DNA from: Spirochaetaceae bacterium
Lineage (GTDB): Bacteria > Spirochaetota > Spirochaetia > DSM-2461
Length of the DNA stretch: 64,000 bases
NCBI GenBank assembly: GCA_965224705.1
Contig: OZ245056.1
Span: 1,440,001 to 1,504,000 of the forward strand
Direction: 5' to 3'
The translations under genes and the position numbers were made by a program. The notes under the pieces are model-generated. The model was given only the letters and a program-made list of their open reading frames with translations, did no database searches and was not told the origin of the DNA. Below are positions 38,249 to 47,976 of this stretch, piece after piece; positions within the stretch are counted from its first letter, which is position 1; each line of letters begins with the position of its first letter.

Positions 38249-39733
38249 ATGCACGAATTGGGACGCCCCGGTGCTTTGTTCATGCTCGGGTTGTACGGAT
38301 GCGAAAAACTGGGCGAAAAAGATAAAAGACTCCTTGAGCTGATTAAACCTTCCGGGATAATTCTTTTTAAGAGAAATATCCAGACCGCCGAACAGGTTGA
38401 TCGCCTCATCGGTGAAACGACAGGATTTCTTGGGTACAAACCGCTTATCTCGATTGATCAGGAAGGAGGCGTCGTCAGCCGTCTCACCGAGGGCTTCACT
38501 GTTTCTCCGGGAGCCATGGCCCTGGGCCGGACGGGGAATAGCCAATATGCCTACGAGGCGGGGAAAATACTGGGAAAAGAGATGAAAGCCCTGGGTATCG
38601 ACTGGGATCTGGCCCCGGTTGTTGATATTAACAACAATCCGGATAATCCGGAGATCGGAATCCGTTCTTTTGGCGATACAAGAGAAATCGTCACCGAATT
38701 TGCCGGACAGTTTGTCCGCGGCCTGGAAACCCAGGGCATTATTGCCTGTCTGAAACACTTCCCCGGTAAGGGCCGGGTATGGATAGATGCCCATCTGGAT
38801 ATGTCGGTTCTCGACGTGGAAGAAGCCGTGTTATTTGAAGAAGAACTCCATCCTTACATGAAAATTAAATCCCCCAGCTGGATGCCAAGTCATGTCTATT
38901 ATTCGGCACTCCAGACCAGGAAGGAACCCGCTTCGGTCAGCAGAGAAATCCTCACTGATTTAGTGAGGGGACGCCTTGGATATGACGGTGTCCTTGTTGC
39001 CGACAACATGACGATGGGGGGTATAACCAACTACTATTCGGTTGCCCAGGGGGTCAAGCTTTCCTTCTATGCCGGCATGGATGTCCTGCTTATCTGCCAT
39101 GATTATGATAAGCAGGTTGAGTCCTACAATGTTCTTGTAAAAGAGGTAGAGCAAAATGAGACGGCCCGAATGAGGATGGAAGAATCCCTCAAACGGATAG
39201 AAGGCCTCTTTCTTTTGAGGAACGGCGAAAAACCTTCCAGGGATTGCCTGGGAGAACCGGCCCATCTTCAGGTGATGAGGGAGATAAGCGGTAAGGCCGT
39301 TGAAATATTGAAGAACGAAGATAAGGCCATTCCCCTCAAAGGTGTTGATCTGATTTATGCGGTTGATTTGGGAACCGGAAAAGTTCAGGTGGAGGATAAA
39401 AACCGGGAGGCTTGCCCACCGGCTTTCCGGCTTTCCCGTGAAACAGGGGCCCCCGTGATAAGAATTACACAGGAAATTCTTGCCGCCCCTACCGAAGCAG
39501 CCAGGGCCGCCGGGGGCAGGAGGGTCGTCATCTTTACGGAAAATGCCCACCTCGACGGAGGGATGAAGGCTTTTATCCGGGAACTTTCCCGTAAGGCAGA
39601 GGTATTGGTGCTATGTGCGTTGAGGAATCCCTACGACCGGAACATTGAGGGGGTACGGAATGCGGTCTGCTCCTATGGATATACGCCGATGCAGCAGGAG
39701 AGTATCGTTGACCTGATGCTGGGTGGGGGATAA
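38249..39733 (+). CDS. nagZ: GH3 beta-N-acetylhexosaminidase, copy 2
   Basis: Same length as copy 1, about 22 aa differences by manual count. Confidence 0.88.
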   Translation: MHELGRPGALFMLGLYGCEKLGEKDKRLLELIKPSGIILFKRNIQTAEQVDRLIGETTGFLGYKPLISIDQEGGVVSRLTEGFTVSPGAMALGRTGNSQYAYEAGKILGKEMKALGIDWDLAPVVDINNNPDNPEIGIRSFGDTREIVTEFAGQFVRGLETQGIIACLKHFPGKGRVWIDAHLDMSVLDVEEAVLFEEELHPYMKIKSPSWMPSHVYYSALQTRKEPASVSREILTDLVRGRLGYDGVLVADNMTMGGITNYYSVAQGVKLSFYAGMDVLLICHDYDKQVESYNVLVKEVEQNETARMRMEESLKRIEGLFLLRNGEKPSRDCLGEPAHLQVMREISGKAVEILKNEDKAIPLKGVDLIYAVDLGTGKVQVEDKNREACPPAFRLSRETGAPVIRITQEILAAPTEAARAAGGRRVVIFTENAHLDGGMKAFIRELSRKAEVLVLCALRNPYDRNIEGVRNAVCSYGYTPMQQESIVDLMLGGG

Positions 39734-39799
39734 TCAAACAATGTCCGTCTCCCCCTGTGCTCCCTGTTTACCCATGGTCTGATTGAGTGGGAGAAGCGG

Positions 39800-41062
39800 G
39801 TGATCAAGAACAGCGAAAAAACCACCTGGTTTGGCTCCGAGGTACTGACCGACCACGAAGAGGGTCAGGGGCTGCGCGACTACCTTCGGGGCCGCAAGGT
39901 AGGAATACTGGCCCATTCAGCATCCCTGGACCGCCGCCTGCGGCCAGTATGGGAAAGAGTCGCCGCCCTTGGGAAAATCAAAATAACAGCCCTTTTTGGA
40001 CCTCAGCATGGATTCGCTGGAGAGAAACAGGACAATATGATCGAGAGTGGGGACACCTACAACCCCGAACTTGATGCTCCGGTGTTCAGCCTCTATGGCG
40101 AAACCCGTCGGCTCAAGCCTGAGTGGCTTGATTACTTTGATGTGCTGCTGATCGATCTGCAGGATGTGGGTGTTCGGGTCTACACCTTTCTGACAACCCT
40201 GACCTACATCCTGGAAGACCTTGCCAACCGGGACGATAAGGAGGTCTGGATCCTTGATAGGCCAAACCCCGTTGGAAGGGCAGTGGAGGGGCTGCGGCTG
40301 AAACGGGGCCATGAGAGTTTCGTGGGGGCCGCAGAAATCCCCATGCAGCATGGCCTCACCATGGGCGAGTTTGCCTCCTGGTATATTGGAACAGGGCGGT
40401 TAAACACCCGTTTAAAAGTTGTTCCAATGATCGGCTGGAAGCCGGAAAACCCCTGGCCGATGGACCACCCCTGGCTGCAGCCAAGCCCCAACATGCCGGG
40501 ACTCTATACCGCCCGTTCCTACCCCGGCACCGTCCTCCTGGAGGCAACAACCCTGTCGGAGGGGAGGGGAACCACTCGGCCGCTTTCGCTATTCGGCCAC
40601 CCGGAGGTGAACTGGGAGGATGTCCACGGCTGGATTGAGGCCTACGCACCGGGGGCCTTTGATGGGGTTGGCCTGCGCCGGGCTGTCTTTGAACCAACCT
40701 TTCATAAACACTCAGGGAAGAGGTGCGGCGGCTATGAACTCATCGCCGAAGATCCCCTCTACGATCCCCGCCGATTCAAACCCTATCGGCTTATCACATG
40801 GGTGCTCATGGCGATTCGCAGACAGCATCCGGACCTTCCCCTCTGGATTTCGCCTCCCTACGAGTACGAATACAGGCGGATGCCCATCGATGTCATCAGT
40901 GGGAGCGATCGGCTGCGCCGCTGGGTGGACGGGGATGGAAGCGCTGTTGACTCTCTGGAAGCCTTTATTTCCGCGGACGAGGAATCCTGGCGTGAAGAAA
41001 TCCGCGGCTGGCTCCTCTATGGGGGGCGGGAAAAAGGACAATCCCCTGACAGCCATGACTGA
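39800..41062 (+). CDS. namZ: DUF1343 family exo-beta-N-acetylmuramidase (NamZ/YbbC-like)
   Basis: LFGPQHG, SLYG, DLQDVGVRVYT, LDRPNP, SEGRGTTRP. Confidence 0.85.
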   Translation: MIKNSEKTTWFGSEVLTDHEEGQGLRDYLRGRKVGILAHSASLDRRLRPVWERVAALGKIKITALFGPQHGFAGEKQDNMIESGDTYNPELDAPVFSLYGETRRLKPEWLDYFDVLLIDLQDVGVRVYTFLTTLTYILEDLANRDDKEVWILDRPNPVGRAVEGLRLKRGHESFVGAAEIPMQHGLTMGEFASWYIGTGRLNTRLKVVPMIGWKPENPWPMDHPWLQPSPNMPGLYTARSYPGTVLLEATTLSEGRGTTRPLSLFGHPEVNWEDVHGWIEAYAPGAFDGVGLRRAVFEPTFHKHSGKRCGGYELIAEDPLYDPRRFKPYRLITWVLMAIRRQHPDLPLWISPPYEYEYRRMPIDVISGSDRLRRWVDGDGSAVDSLEAFISADEESWREEIRGWLLYGGREKGQSPDSHD

Positions 41063-42887
41063 CTCCCCCAACATCGACGCTTCGACCCTGCGTAATCGGG
41101 CCTCCGAACTTGCCGAGAGGTTTGTGAAGGAGGAGACTCAGTTTCACCTTGGGTTTCTTCCAACGGAAAAATCCCACCCCGCTACCCAGAATTTCAGTTT
41201 CACCATTGCAAAGGATACCCTCGAAGGAATCCGGTGCCTCCTCGCGGTGGATGCGGACATTCCTCCTGTGGCCCGAAGAGTCTTTCGCTCGGACTCCTAC
41301 GATAAACTGGTGAATGCCATGGCCGCGGCGGGGCGGAACCACAATAAAATCTGCTTCTCCGGCTGCGGAAGCACCGGGAGATTGGCGGTGATGCTGGAGG
41401 CCATGTGGCGGCAGGCATGGGAAGACCGTGCCGGTCTGGAGCCTGGTGCGGCGGACAGTTCCAGGGACAGCCCCGATCCGGCCCTTCGGATGGCCAACCT
41501 CGGCAGAAGCATTATCACCGGGGGGGACAGGGCCCTGGTTCGATCCGTTGAGAACTTTGAAGACTTTCCCCAGTTCGGCGCCCGGCAGGCTGCCGAATTG
41601 GGCCTTGAAAAAGGAGACATCCTGATAGCCATGACCGAGGGGGGCGAGACGCCCTCGGTACTGGGAACGCTGGATCAAGCATTGAGCCGCGGCTGCCGGG
41701 TCTTTCTGGTTTTTAACAATCCCGCGGAGCTGCTGCGGGAACACATCGAACGTTCGCGGCATGCCATTGACAACCCGGAGGTTACCGTCCTCGACCTGTA
41801 CACCGGATCCATGGCTTTATCCGGTTCTACGCGTATGCAGGCAACGACCATTGAGATGCTCGTGGTCGGTGCCGCCGTGGAGGAGGCATTTTCGATTCTG
41901 GCCAACGAAAAGCCCCAGGATCGAGAATCACTGGCCGAAATCTTTGCAGCGATGCTCGGTGACCTGAATTCACCGGAGAATCTTCGCGTCATTGCCCGTT
42001 TGGCGGAGGGCGAGCGAAAGGCCTATTCCTCCGGCGGGCTGGTCACCTACTTTGCCCCGCACTGCCTGCTTGATTTATTCTGCGATACCAGTGAACGTAC
42101 TCCAACCTTCATGCTCCCCTGCTTCAGGGCTTCGGACGATCATTCATCGCCTTCATCCTGGGCCTATGCAAAAGACCCGACGCGGCCCAGTGACCAGGCG
42201 TGGCGTGCTATGCTTCGACGCTCCCCGCGGGGACTTGGGTGGCAAAGCCCGGACTACCGGGCCATGGGGGCTCCTTCCGGCTTCGTCGATAATCCACCCT
42301 CCCTTGGAATCCGGGAGATCGCCCGCTACGCCATAGGATCGGAGGCGGATTCATCGAGGCCCCGGGAGGCCCCGAATTGGTGGCTCCAGGTAGCCGGAGC
42401 CGACTGGCCTCCTGGCGGTCTTCAGGGTGTCGATACCCTCTGGCTGGGGGGGCCGGTAAAACCGGAGGCAGAGTTTTACCCTGGCAGGACCCTGGCGGCG
42501 GAAGAGTTTGAGTTTAGAAACAGGGGGGATTTTTTAGAGGGCCCCTCAGGAATCCCCACAACCTATAGGATGGGAGTGAACATCGAAGACAGCCCCATTG
42601 CCCTGTGGCAGCATATTCTGATAAAGCTCCTTTTCAACACCCTCAGCACCGCCACCATGGGACTCATGGGCAGAATACGGGGCAACTGGATGATACAGCT
42701 CAATCCAACCAATAAGAAGCTCATCGACCGGGGAAGCCGAATTGTGGCCCATCTGGCCGGGATCGACTACCCTTCGGCATGTATGGAATTATACCTTTCC
42801 ATTCTCTCCCAATCATCTTTGGAATCTGGTGGAGATCGGGCAACGACCTCTCCCGTGGCGGCGGCCCTCCAGCGTCTTGGATGTTGA
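41055..42887 (+). CDS. Long MurQ/GCKR-like SIS-domain sugar-phosphate protein
   Basis: TEKSHP, GCGSTGRLA, VENFED, GSTRMQAT, NTLSTATM...GNWM...TNKKLIDR parallel MurQ motifs; 610 aa; start re-chosen at 41055. Confidence 0.75.
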   Translation: MTDSPNIDASTLRNRASELAERFVKEETQFHLGFLPTEKSHPATQNFSFTIAKDTLEGIRCLLAVDADIPPVARRVFRSDSYDKLVNAMAAAGRNHNKICFSGCGSTGRLAVMLEAMWRQAWEDRAGLEPGAADSSRDSPDPALRMANLGRSIITGGDRALVRSVENFEDFPQFGARQAAELGLEKGDILIAMTEGGETPSVLGTLDQALSRGCRVFLVFNNPAELLREHIERSRHAIDNPEVTVLDLYTGSMALSGSTRMQATTIEMLVVGAAVEEAFSILANEKPQDRESLAEIFAAMLGDLNSPENLRVIARLAEGERKAYSSGGLVTYFAPHCLLDLFCDTSERTPTFMLPCFRASDDHSSPSSWAYAKDPTRPSDQAWRAMLRRSPRGLGWQSPDYRAMGAPSGFVDNPPSLGIREIARYAIGSEADSSRPREAPNWWLQVAGADWPPGGLQGVDTLWLGGPVKPEAEFYPGRTLAAEEFEFRNRGDFLEGPSGIPTTYRMGVNIEDSPIALWQHILIKLLFNTLSTATMGLMGRIRGNWMIQLNPTNKKLIDRGSRIVAHLAGIDYPSACMELYLSILSQSSLESGGDRATTSPVAAALQRLGC

Positions 42888-44092
42888 AGACTCCCAGGGG
42901 TTTTTGCTTGAATAACAGCATTCTGGAAATAGATATTGGAACACTGCAGGAGAATATGGCACGGATAGTCGAAGTCGCTGGCGCTTCCTGTAGGGTTGCC
43001 GCCGTGGTAAAGGCGGATGCCTATGGTTTGGGTGCGGCGGGAATTGCCCCTGCCCTTATATCCCGGGGGGCCTCCATGCTGGCGGTTGCCCGCTGCGGTG
43101 AGGCATTGGAGTTAAAGAGGATCCACCCTGGTTTGGTGAATATCCTGATAATGGGGCTTTGCGGAGATGATGAGCTGGAGAAAGCCTGCGGTAACAACTT
43201 TATAATAACCATAGACAGCTGCAGACAGGCAAAACTGCTATCCGACATGGCCGTGAAAAAAAACCTCAAAGCCAATATTCACATTAAAATTGATACGGGC
43301 TTCAACCGCCTCGGTTTGAAAACCTCGGATCCGAAGGCTGTGGATGAATACAGGATGATATGCTCCCTTCCCCGCCTGAAGGTGGGGGGCGCTTTCAGCC
43401 ACCTTGGACTTGAAAGCTTTGAATCCGACAAAGAGCAGATGGACCGGCTTCAGCGATTTTTTGATAAGCTGGAATTTGAAAACCTGCCTATCGGGTTGAA
43501 ACACGTATGCGACAGTATTGGGTTTGTCCGTTATCCCCAGTACAGGCTGGACATGGTTCGGATAGGGGCACTCTTATACGGAATGAAGCCCGTCGAAACT
43601 TCCCTGACAGATGATCTTGATCTGCGGTTTCCCCTTCGGTGGAAATGTCCTGTGATCAGAATAGCAAGGCTTAAAGGGGGTGAGGGGGTCGGCTATAATT
43701 ACAGCTGGAGGGCCCCTCCGGAAGGCGCTCTGATAGCCACTCTGCCGGTAGGCTATGCCGATGGCTATCGCCGCCTCCTGTCCAATAGGGGGGAGGTCCT
43801 GCTTAAGGGGAAGAGGTGCTCCGTGGTAGGCTTGATCTGTATGGATCAGATGGTAATTGATATTTCCGCTGTTCCCGGCGCAGATTTGAATGATACCGTA
43901 ACCCTGCTGGGAAGGGATGAGACGGGTCATGAAATATCTGCTATTGAAATGGCGGAATGGGCTGGAACCAATAGAAATGAAATTCTTTCTTCTATCGGGC
44001 GGCGGGTTGAACGGCATTATGTAAGGAGCGGCAGGGTGGAAGCCCTTTTGAACTACCTGAATTCACCTCCTTATAAAAGGGTTGATCTATGA
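42881..44092 (+). CDS. alr: Alanine racemase family protein
   Basis: VVKADAYGLG PLP lysine, KIDTGFNRLG, GVGY, GYADG, ICMDQ; start uncertain. Confidence 0.85.
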   Translation: MLKTPRGFCLNNSILEIDIGTLQENMARIVEVAGASCRVAAVVKADAYGLGAAGIAPALISRGASMLAVARCGEALELKRIHPGLVNILIMGLCGDDELEKACGNNFIITIDSCRQAKLLSDMAVKKNLKANIHIKIDTGFNRLGLKTSDPKAVDEYRMICSLPRLKVGGAFSHLGLESFESDKEQMDRLQRFFDKLEFENLPIGLKHVCDSIGFVRYPQYRLDMVRIGALLYGMKPVETSLTDDLDLRFPLRWKCPVIRIARLKGGEGVGYNYSWRAPPEGALIATLPVGYADGYRRLLSNRGEVLLKGKRCSVVGLICMDQMVIDISAVPGADLNDTVTLLGRDETGHEISAIEMAEWAGTNRNEILSSIGRRVERHYVRSGRVEALLNYLNSPPYKRVDL

Positions 44093-45276
44093 CGGAAACG
44101 GAGCTTAAGAAACTTCTTGGGGACATCAAGAAACACGAAAAATTTATAATTGGACTGAGGAGAGAACTTCACAGAATTCCAGAACTGGGACTTGATGAAA
44201 AGGAGACTTCCGGCCTTATCCGGAAAACACTCTCAGCCCTGAATATTGAATACACCTCCAGGGACACCGCTGTGACCGCAGTTATAAGGGGAAAATCCGA
44301 AACCCCTGTCGTAGGGCTCAGGGCGGACATTGACGGCCTTCCGATTCATGAGAAAACAGGACTGAGTTTTTCCTCTGTTAACCCAGGGAAGATGCATGCC
44401 TGCGGCCATGACGGACATACCGCCATACTGCTCGGGGCTGCGAAATGGTTTTCAGACAACCAGGACAAACTTAAAGGGACCGTTAAATTATTCTTTCAAC
44501 CCGCAGAGGAGTCTGTCGGTGGGGCCGAGGAGATGATAAAAAATGGCGATCTGGAGAATCCCACCGTTAATAAGATTTTCGGTCTTCATGTAATGCCCTA
44601 TCTCAAACCGGGCTTTGTGGAAGTGAAAAAGGGGGTTTTAAACGGTTGTAGTTCAAACATATCGATAGATATAAATGGGGTATTAGGACATGGGGCCTAT
44701 CCGGAAACCGCCGTTGATGCGGTGATGGTTGCCGCCCAGGTTGTTAGCGGGGCCCATACCCTGGTCAGCCGCCGAGTTTCGCCCCTGGAGCAGGCTGTTA
44801 TTAGCTTCGGGATAATTGAAGGGGGGAAGGCCCAGAATATTATTGCCGATAGAGTATCCATCCGGGGGACAATGCGTGCCGCCGATGAGAAAGTCAGGGA
44901 TCAACTCATCGTACGGCTTAAGGATCTTGTTAAGCATACATGTGCCGCCCATGGAGCTGTCGGGGAGATCGATATCTCCTACGGCTATCCCACCCTCATC
45001 AATAACAGCGAAGAGACAGAACGAATCGCAAGAATTGCGGGGCGGATGCTCGGAAAAGAAGCCGTCCACTGGAAAGAATCCCCAAGCCTGGGAGTCGAGG
45101 ATTTCGCATTCTTCCTCAAGGAGAGGCCCGGAGCCTTCTATCATGTCGGCTGCGGTTTTGGCCAAGGAAGGGAGTGCCGCCTCCATTCCTCCGATTTTCT
45201 TCTCAATGAGGATTGCCTTATTGTGGGAACCGCCATGCAGACTGCCCTGGCCCTTGATGTATTTGATAATGGCTGA
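44089..45276 (+). CDS. M20D family amidohydrolase
   Basis: LHRIPEL, RADIDGLP, HACGHDGH, FQPAEE, EDFAF. Confidence 0.9.
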   Translation: MTETELKKLLGDIKKHEKFIIGLRRELHRIPELGLDEKETSGLIRKTLSALNIEYTSRDTAVTAVIRGKSETPVVGLRADIDGLPIHEKTGLSFSSVNPGKMHACGHDGHTAILLGAAKWFSDNQDKLKGTVKLFFQPAEESVGGAEEMIKNGDLENPTVNKIFGLHVMPYLKPGFVEVKKGVLNGCSSNISIDINGVLGHGAYPETAVDAVMVAAQVVSGAHTLVSRRVSPLEQAVISFGIIEGGKAQNIIADRVSIRGTMRAADEKVRDQLIVRLKDLVKHTCAAHGAVGEIDISYGYPTLINNSEETERIARIAGRMLGKEAVHWKESPSLGVEDFAFFLKERPGAFYHVGCGFGQGRECRLHSSDFLLNEDCLIVGTAMQTALALDVFDNG

Positions 45277-45310
45277 CTCCTTTGCAAAGGAAGTGCGGCC
45301 AGAAGCCGGT

Positions 45311-45334
45311 GAATCTTAAAAGTCCGACAGACTC
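45311..45334 (-). repeat. MITE family A end remnant
   Basis: GAATCTTAAAAGTCCGACAGACTC. Confidence 0.65.
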
Positions 45335-45365
45335 TTTGGGTTCATCTTTTGGAGGAGGGATCACT

Positions 45366-46652
45366 ATGAAATCACCCTGTGAAGTTCGCAATGGACAGTT
45401 GTATTTTGAAGACTGTAGAGCGGAAGATATGGCCCAAAAATATGGAACACCTCTCTACCTCATGTCTGAAACCTTCATGGAGGCAAGGATTGACGAGATA
45501 AAAAGGAAATTCATAGATAAATACCCCGAAGTTCAGGCGGTTTATGCGAGTAAGGCGTTTCAGACTCTCCAGATGTGCCGAATGATCTCCGAATCGGGGC
45601 TTGGACTCGATGTCGTTTCCGGCGGAGAACTTTACACGGCCCTGAAGGCGGGAGTTGATCCGAGAAAAATCTATTTTCATGGTAACGCAAAAACCGATGA
45701 GGAACTTCTATATGCCGTAAAGGCCGGGGTGGGAAGACTCGTTGTTGATAGCCTGGATGAACTAAAAGCCCTCGAAGCAATTGCCCGAGAGGAAGACAAA
45801 AGGGTATCCATTTTATTCCGGATAACCCCCGGCGTGGACAGCCGTACCCATGGGTACATCTCAACCGCTGGTGTCGATTCAAAATTTGGCATTCCCCTCC
45901 AGAAGGACACCAGGAATCGTTACATAATCAAAGCAATGGAATGTTCCCATATAGTCCTTAGGGGATTCCATTTTCATGTGGGATCTCAGCTAATGGAGAA
46001 TGTCTCCCACCTGATGGCCCTTGATATTCTGATCAGATTACTCAAAGATGTGAAGGAGGAACTTGGATTTCCAACGGAAGAAGTGAACCTGGGAGGCGGA
46101 TTTGGCGTTCGGTATACAAAAAACGACAAACCCCAGCCATTTGAACATTTTACCGATCCATTGATGCTCAGGCTCACAGAGCAGTGCAGGAGATACGGAC
46201 TGATGCGTCCCGGGGTAACGATAGAACCGGGGCGGTGGATTACGGCGGAAGCCGGAATAACCCTGTACCGAATTTGCTCGGTAAAAAAGATACCCGGAAT
46301 AAAAACCTGGGTTTCCGTTGACGGCGGCATGGGAGATAATATTAGACCGGCGCTGTACCAGGCGGAATATGAAGCCTCCCTTGTGGACAGGGCGGGGAAG
46401 GAGGGAAATACCCCCTGCTCCATTGCCGGAAGATACTGTGAAAGTTCGGATGTTCTTATCCCTGAGGCGAATCTTCCAGATCCCGCGAGAGGAGATGTTC
46501 TGGCCGTTTATGCAACCGGGGCCTACAACTTTTCCATGGCCAGCAGCTACAATCGAGTGAGAAAACCGGCGGTTGTCCTGGTAAAAGGCGATAGACATAG
46601 GATGAGTGTAAAAGGGGAAACCTACGAGGACATAGTAGCCAGAGATGTTTGA
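45366..46652 (+). CDS. lysA: Diaminopimelate decarboxylase
   Basis: YASKA, HGNAKT, SKFG, HFHVGSQ, NLGGG, EPGR, CESSD; ATG after GGAGG. Confidence 0.93.
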   Translation: MKSPCEVRNGQLYFEDCRAEDMAQKYGTPLYLMSETFMEARIDEIKRKFIDKYPEVQAVYASKAFQTLQMCRMISESGLGLDVVSGGELYTALKAGVDPRKIYFHGNAKTDEELLYAVKAGVGRLVVDSLDELKALEAIAREEDKRVSILFRITPGVDSRTHGYISTAGVDSKFGIPLQKDTRNRYIIKAMECSHIVLRGFHFHVGSQLMENVSHLMALDILIRLLKDVKEELGFPTEEVNLGGGFGVRYTKNDKPQPFEHFTDPLMLRLTEQCRRYGLMRPGVTIEPGRWITAEAGITLYRICSVKKIPGIKTWVSVDGGMGDNIRPALYQAEYEASLVDRAGKEGNTPCSIAGRYCESSDVLIPEANLPDPARGDVLAVYATGAYNFSMASSYNRVRKPAVVLVKGDRHRMSVKGETYEDIVARDV

Positions 46653-46662
46653 GATCGCCTCA

Positions 46663-46686
46663 TGAGGCGTAAGTCCGACAGGCTCC
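46663..46686 (+). repeat. MITE family A right-end remnant
   Basis: TGAGGCGTAAGTCCGACAGGCTCC. Confidence 0.7.
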
Positions 46687-46724
46687 TGGATCTGACCGGA
46701 AACAGTTTTACTCACAGGGTCGGA

Positions 46725-47174
46725 CTAATCAAGAATCCGATAATCCACCATTTCAGCTCGAGGAGTACCATCCGTACCGCCGATAAGTCGGCATACAATG
46801 AGTAATTGACGGCCTGGAGGGATGTAATCCGCTGTTGGTTTTCCGGGCCGTGTCGAGGGAAATACATCCAGCCAGGATTCTCCCCTGAACAGGATCTGGC
46901 AGGCATAGGAACGAACCTCCCTGGTGCCTATCCAGGCTCCCCCCAGAAGTGTAACCCATACATTTATACCCGCAGCGGTTTCTTCAATATATGAGTCACC
47001 AACGACACCCTCCAGGATAACCAATCGCTGAGATTGAACTGCTTCTTCTACAAGGGCAGGATCTTCCAATGAAGATAACACAAAATCAAAATCTACAATT
47101 TCGCTGAATGATTGTCCCCAGGAAAAAAGAGGAAAGGAAAGAAGGATTGTTGCAAAAAGGGCTTTCACAGGCAT
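46725..47174 (-). CDS. Hypothetical exported protein
   Basis: Signal-peptide-like N-terminus; fills the interval. Confidence 0.65.
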   Translation of the reverse strand: MPVKALFATILLSFPLFSWGQSFSEIVDFDFVLSSLEDPALVEEAVQSQRLVILEGVVGDSYIEETAAGINVWVTLLGGAWIGTREVRSYACQILFRGESWLDVFPSTRPGKPTADYIPPGRQLLIVCRLIGGTDGTPRAEMVDYRILD

Positions 47175-47244
47175 CTCAGATTCTTATAATAATTGAAAAG
47201 AATTGAAATATCAACTCCTTGAGAGCACAGGGATGTCTGATAAA

Positions 47245-47274
47245 TTGACATTCATACAGCGGACAAGTTACAAT
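47245..47274 (+). promoter_or_regulatory. sigma70-like promoter giving a leaderless mRNA
   Basis: TTGACA-18 nt-TACAAT, 6 nt before ATG 47281, no SD. Confidence 0.65.
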
Positions 47275-47280
47275 TAAATT

Positions 47281-47799
47281 ATGAAGGATGTCAAAATAGA
47301 TATTCACATGAGGAAAACGGATCCTATTCCTGATGGCCTGGTGTTAAAGATTGAGGGTCAAATCAGTACATCCAACGCCCTTCAATTTCAGAAAAAAGTG
47401 ATTGAAGCGATGGGGTTTGATTTCGTGTATCTGTTTTTCGACTGCAGGAAACTATCATCGATTTCCAGCTCAGGAATTGGAGCGTTTGCATATATTCAGG
47501 ATTTGGTGAGCGAAAAAGATGGGAGAATGATTCTTTGTGGGCTGCCCCATAAAGTCTCCCGTCTGTTCAATCTTCTTGGGTTCAGTGAGTATTTTATCTA
47601 CTGCAGCAACATTGGTGAAGCAATCGAGAAACACTACAAAGAAGTTATAAATCTGGTTGACGACTACGTATTCCCTGTGATTTTCCGCTGTCCGGGTTGT
47701 TCACGAAAACAAAAGGCTACTGAGATGGGAGAATTTCAATGTGCTGACTGTAAAACAGCCCTCATCGTGGAGGAAACAGGTGATATCCATCTTAAATGA
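47281..47799 (+). CDS. STAS anti-anti-sigma factor with C-terminal zinc ribbon
   Basis: ISSSGIG motif; CPGC...CADC. Confidence 0.85.
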   Translation: MKDVKIDIHMRKTDPIPDGLVLKIEGQISTSNALQFQKKVIEAMGFDFVYLFFDCRKLSSISSSGIGAFAYIQDLVSEKDGRMILCGLPHKVSRLFNLLGFSEYFIYCSNIGEAIEKHYKEVINLVDDYVFPVIFRCPGCSRKQKATEMGEFQCADCKTALIVEETGDIHLK

Positions 47800-47804
47800 T
47801 TCAA

Positions 47805-47966
47805 GGAGTCTGTCGGACTTTAAGGCTCGAGGCGATTTTTGATGATTTTTTCCTGATGCAAGGCGACAAAAACGGAGCGTAGCTGGGCTACGTGAGTATT
47901 TTGGCAACGCGGCAACAGGGAAAAGGGGCAAAAATCGAGCCGTGAGGCGGAAGTCCGACAGACTCC
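47805..47966 (+). mobile_element. MITE family A, full short form (162 bp)
   Basis: 16-bp perfect TIRs; flanks CAA...AAG. Confidence 0.9.
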
Positions 47967-47976
47967 AAGATCTGAG

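Noticed and set aside
40620..41054. N-terminal extension of the 755-aa ORF
   Set aside because: Overlaps namZ in another frame; MurQ-like similarity starts after ATG 41055
45311..46686. lysA as a MITE-flanked composite transposon
   Set aside because: Both remnants present the same outer end in the same direction, so they do not form an enclosing pair
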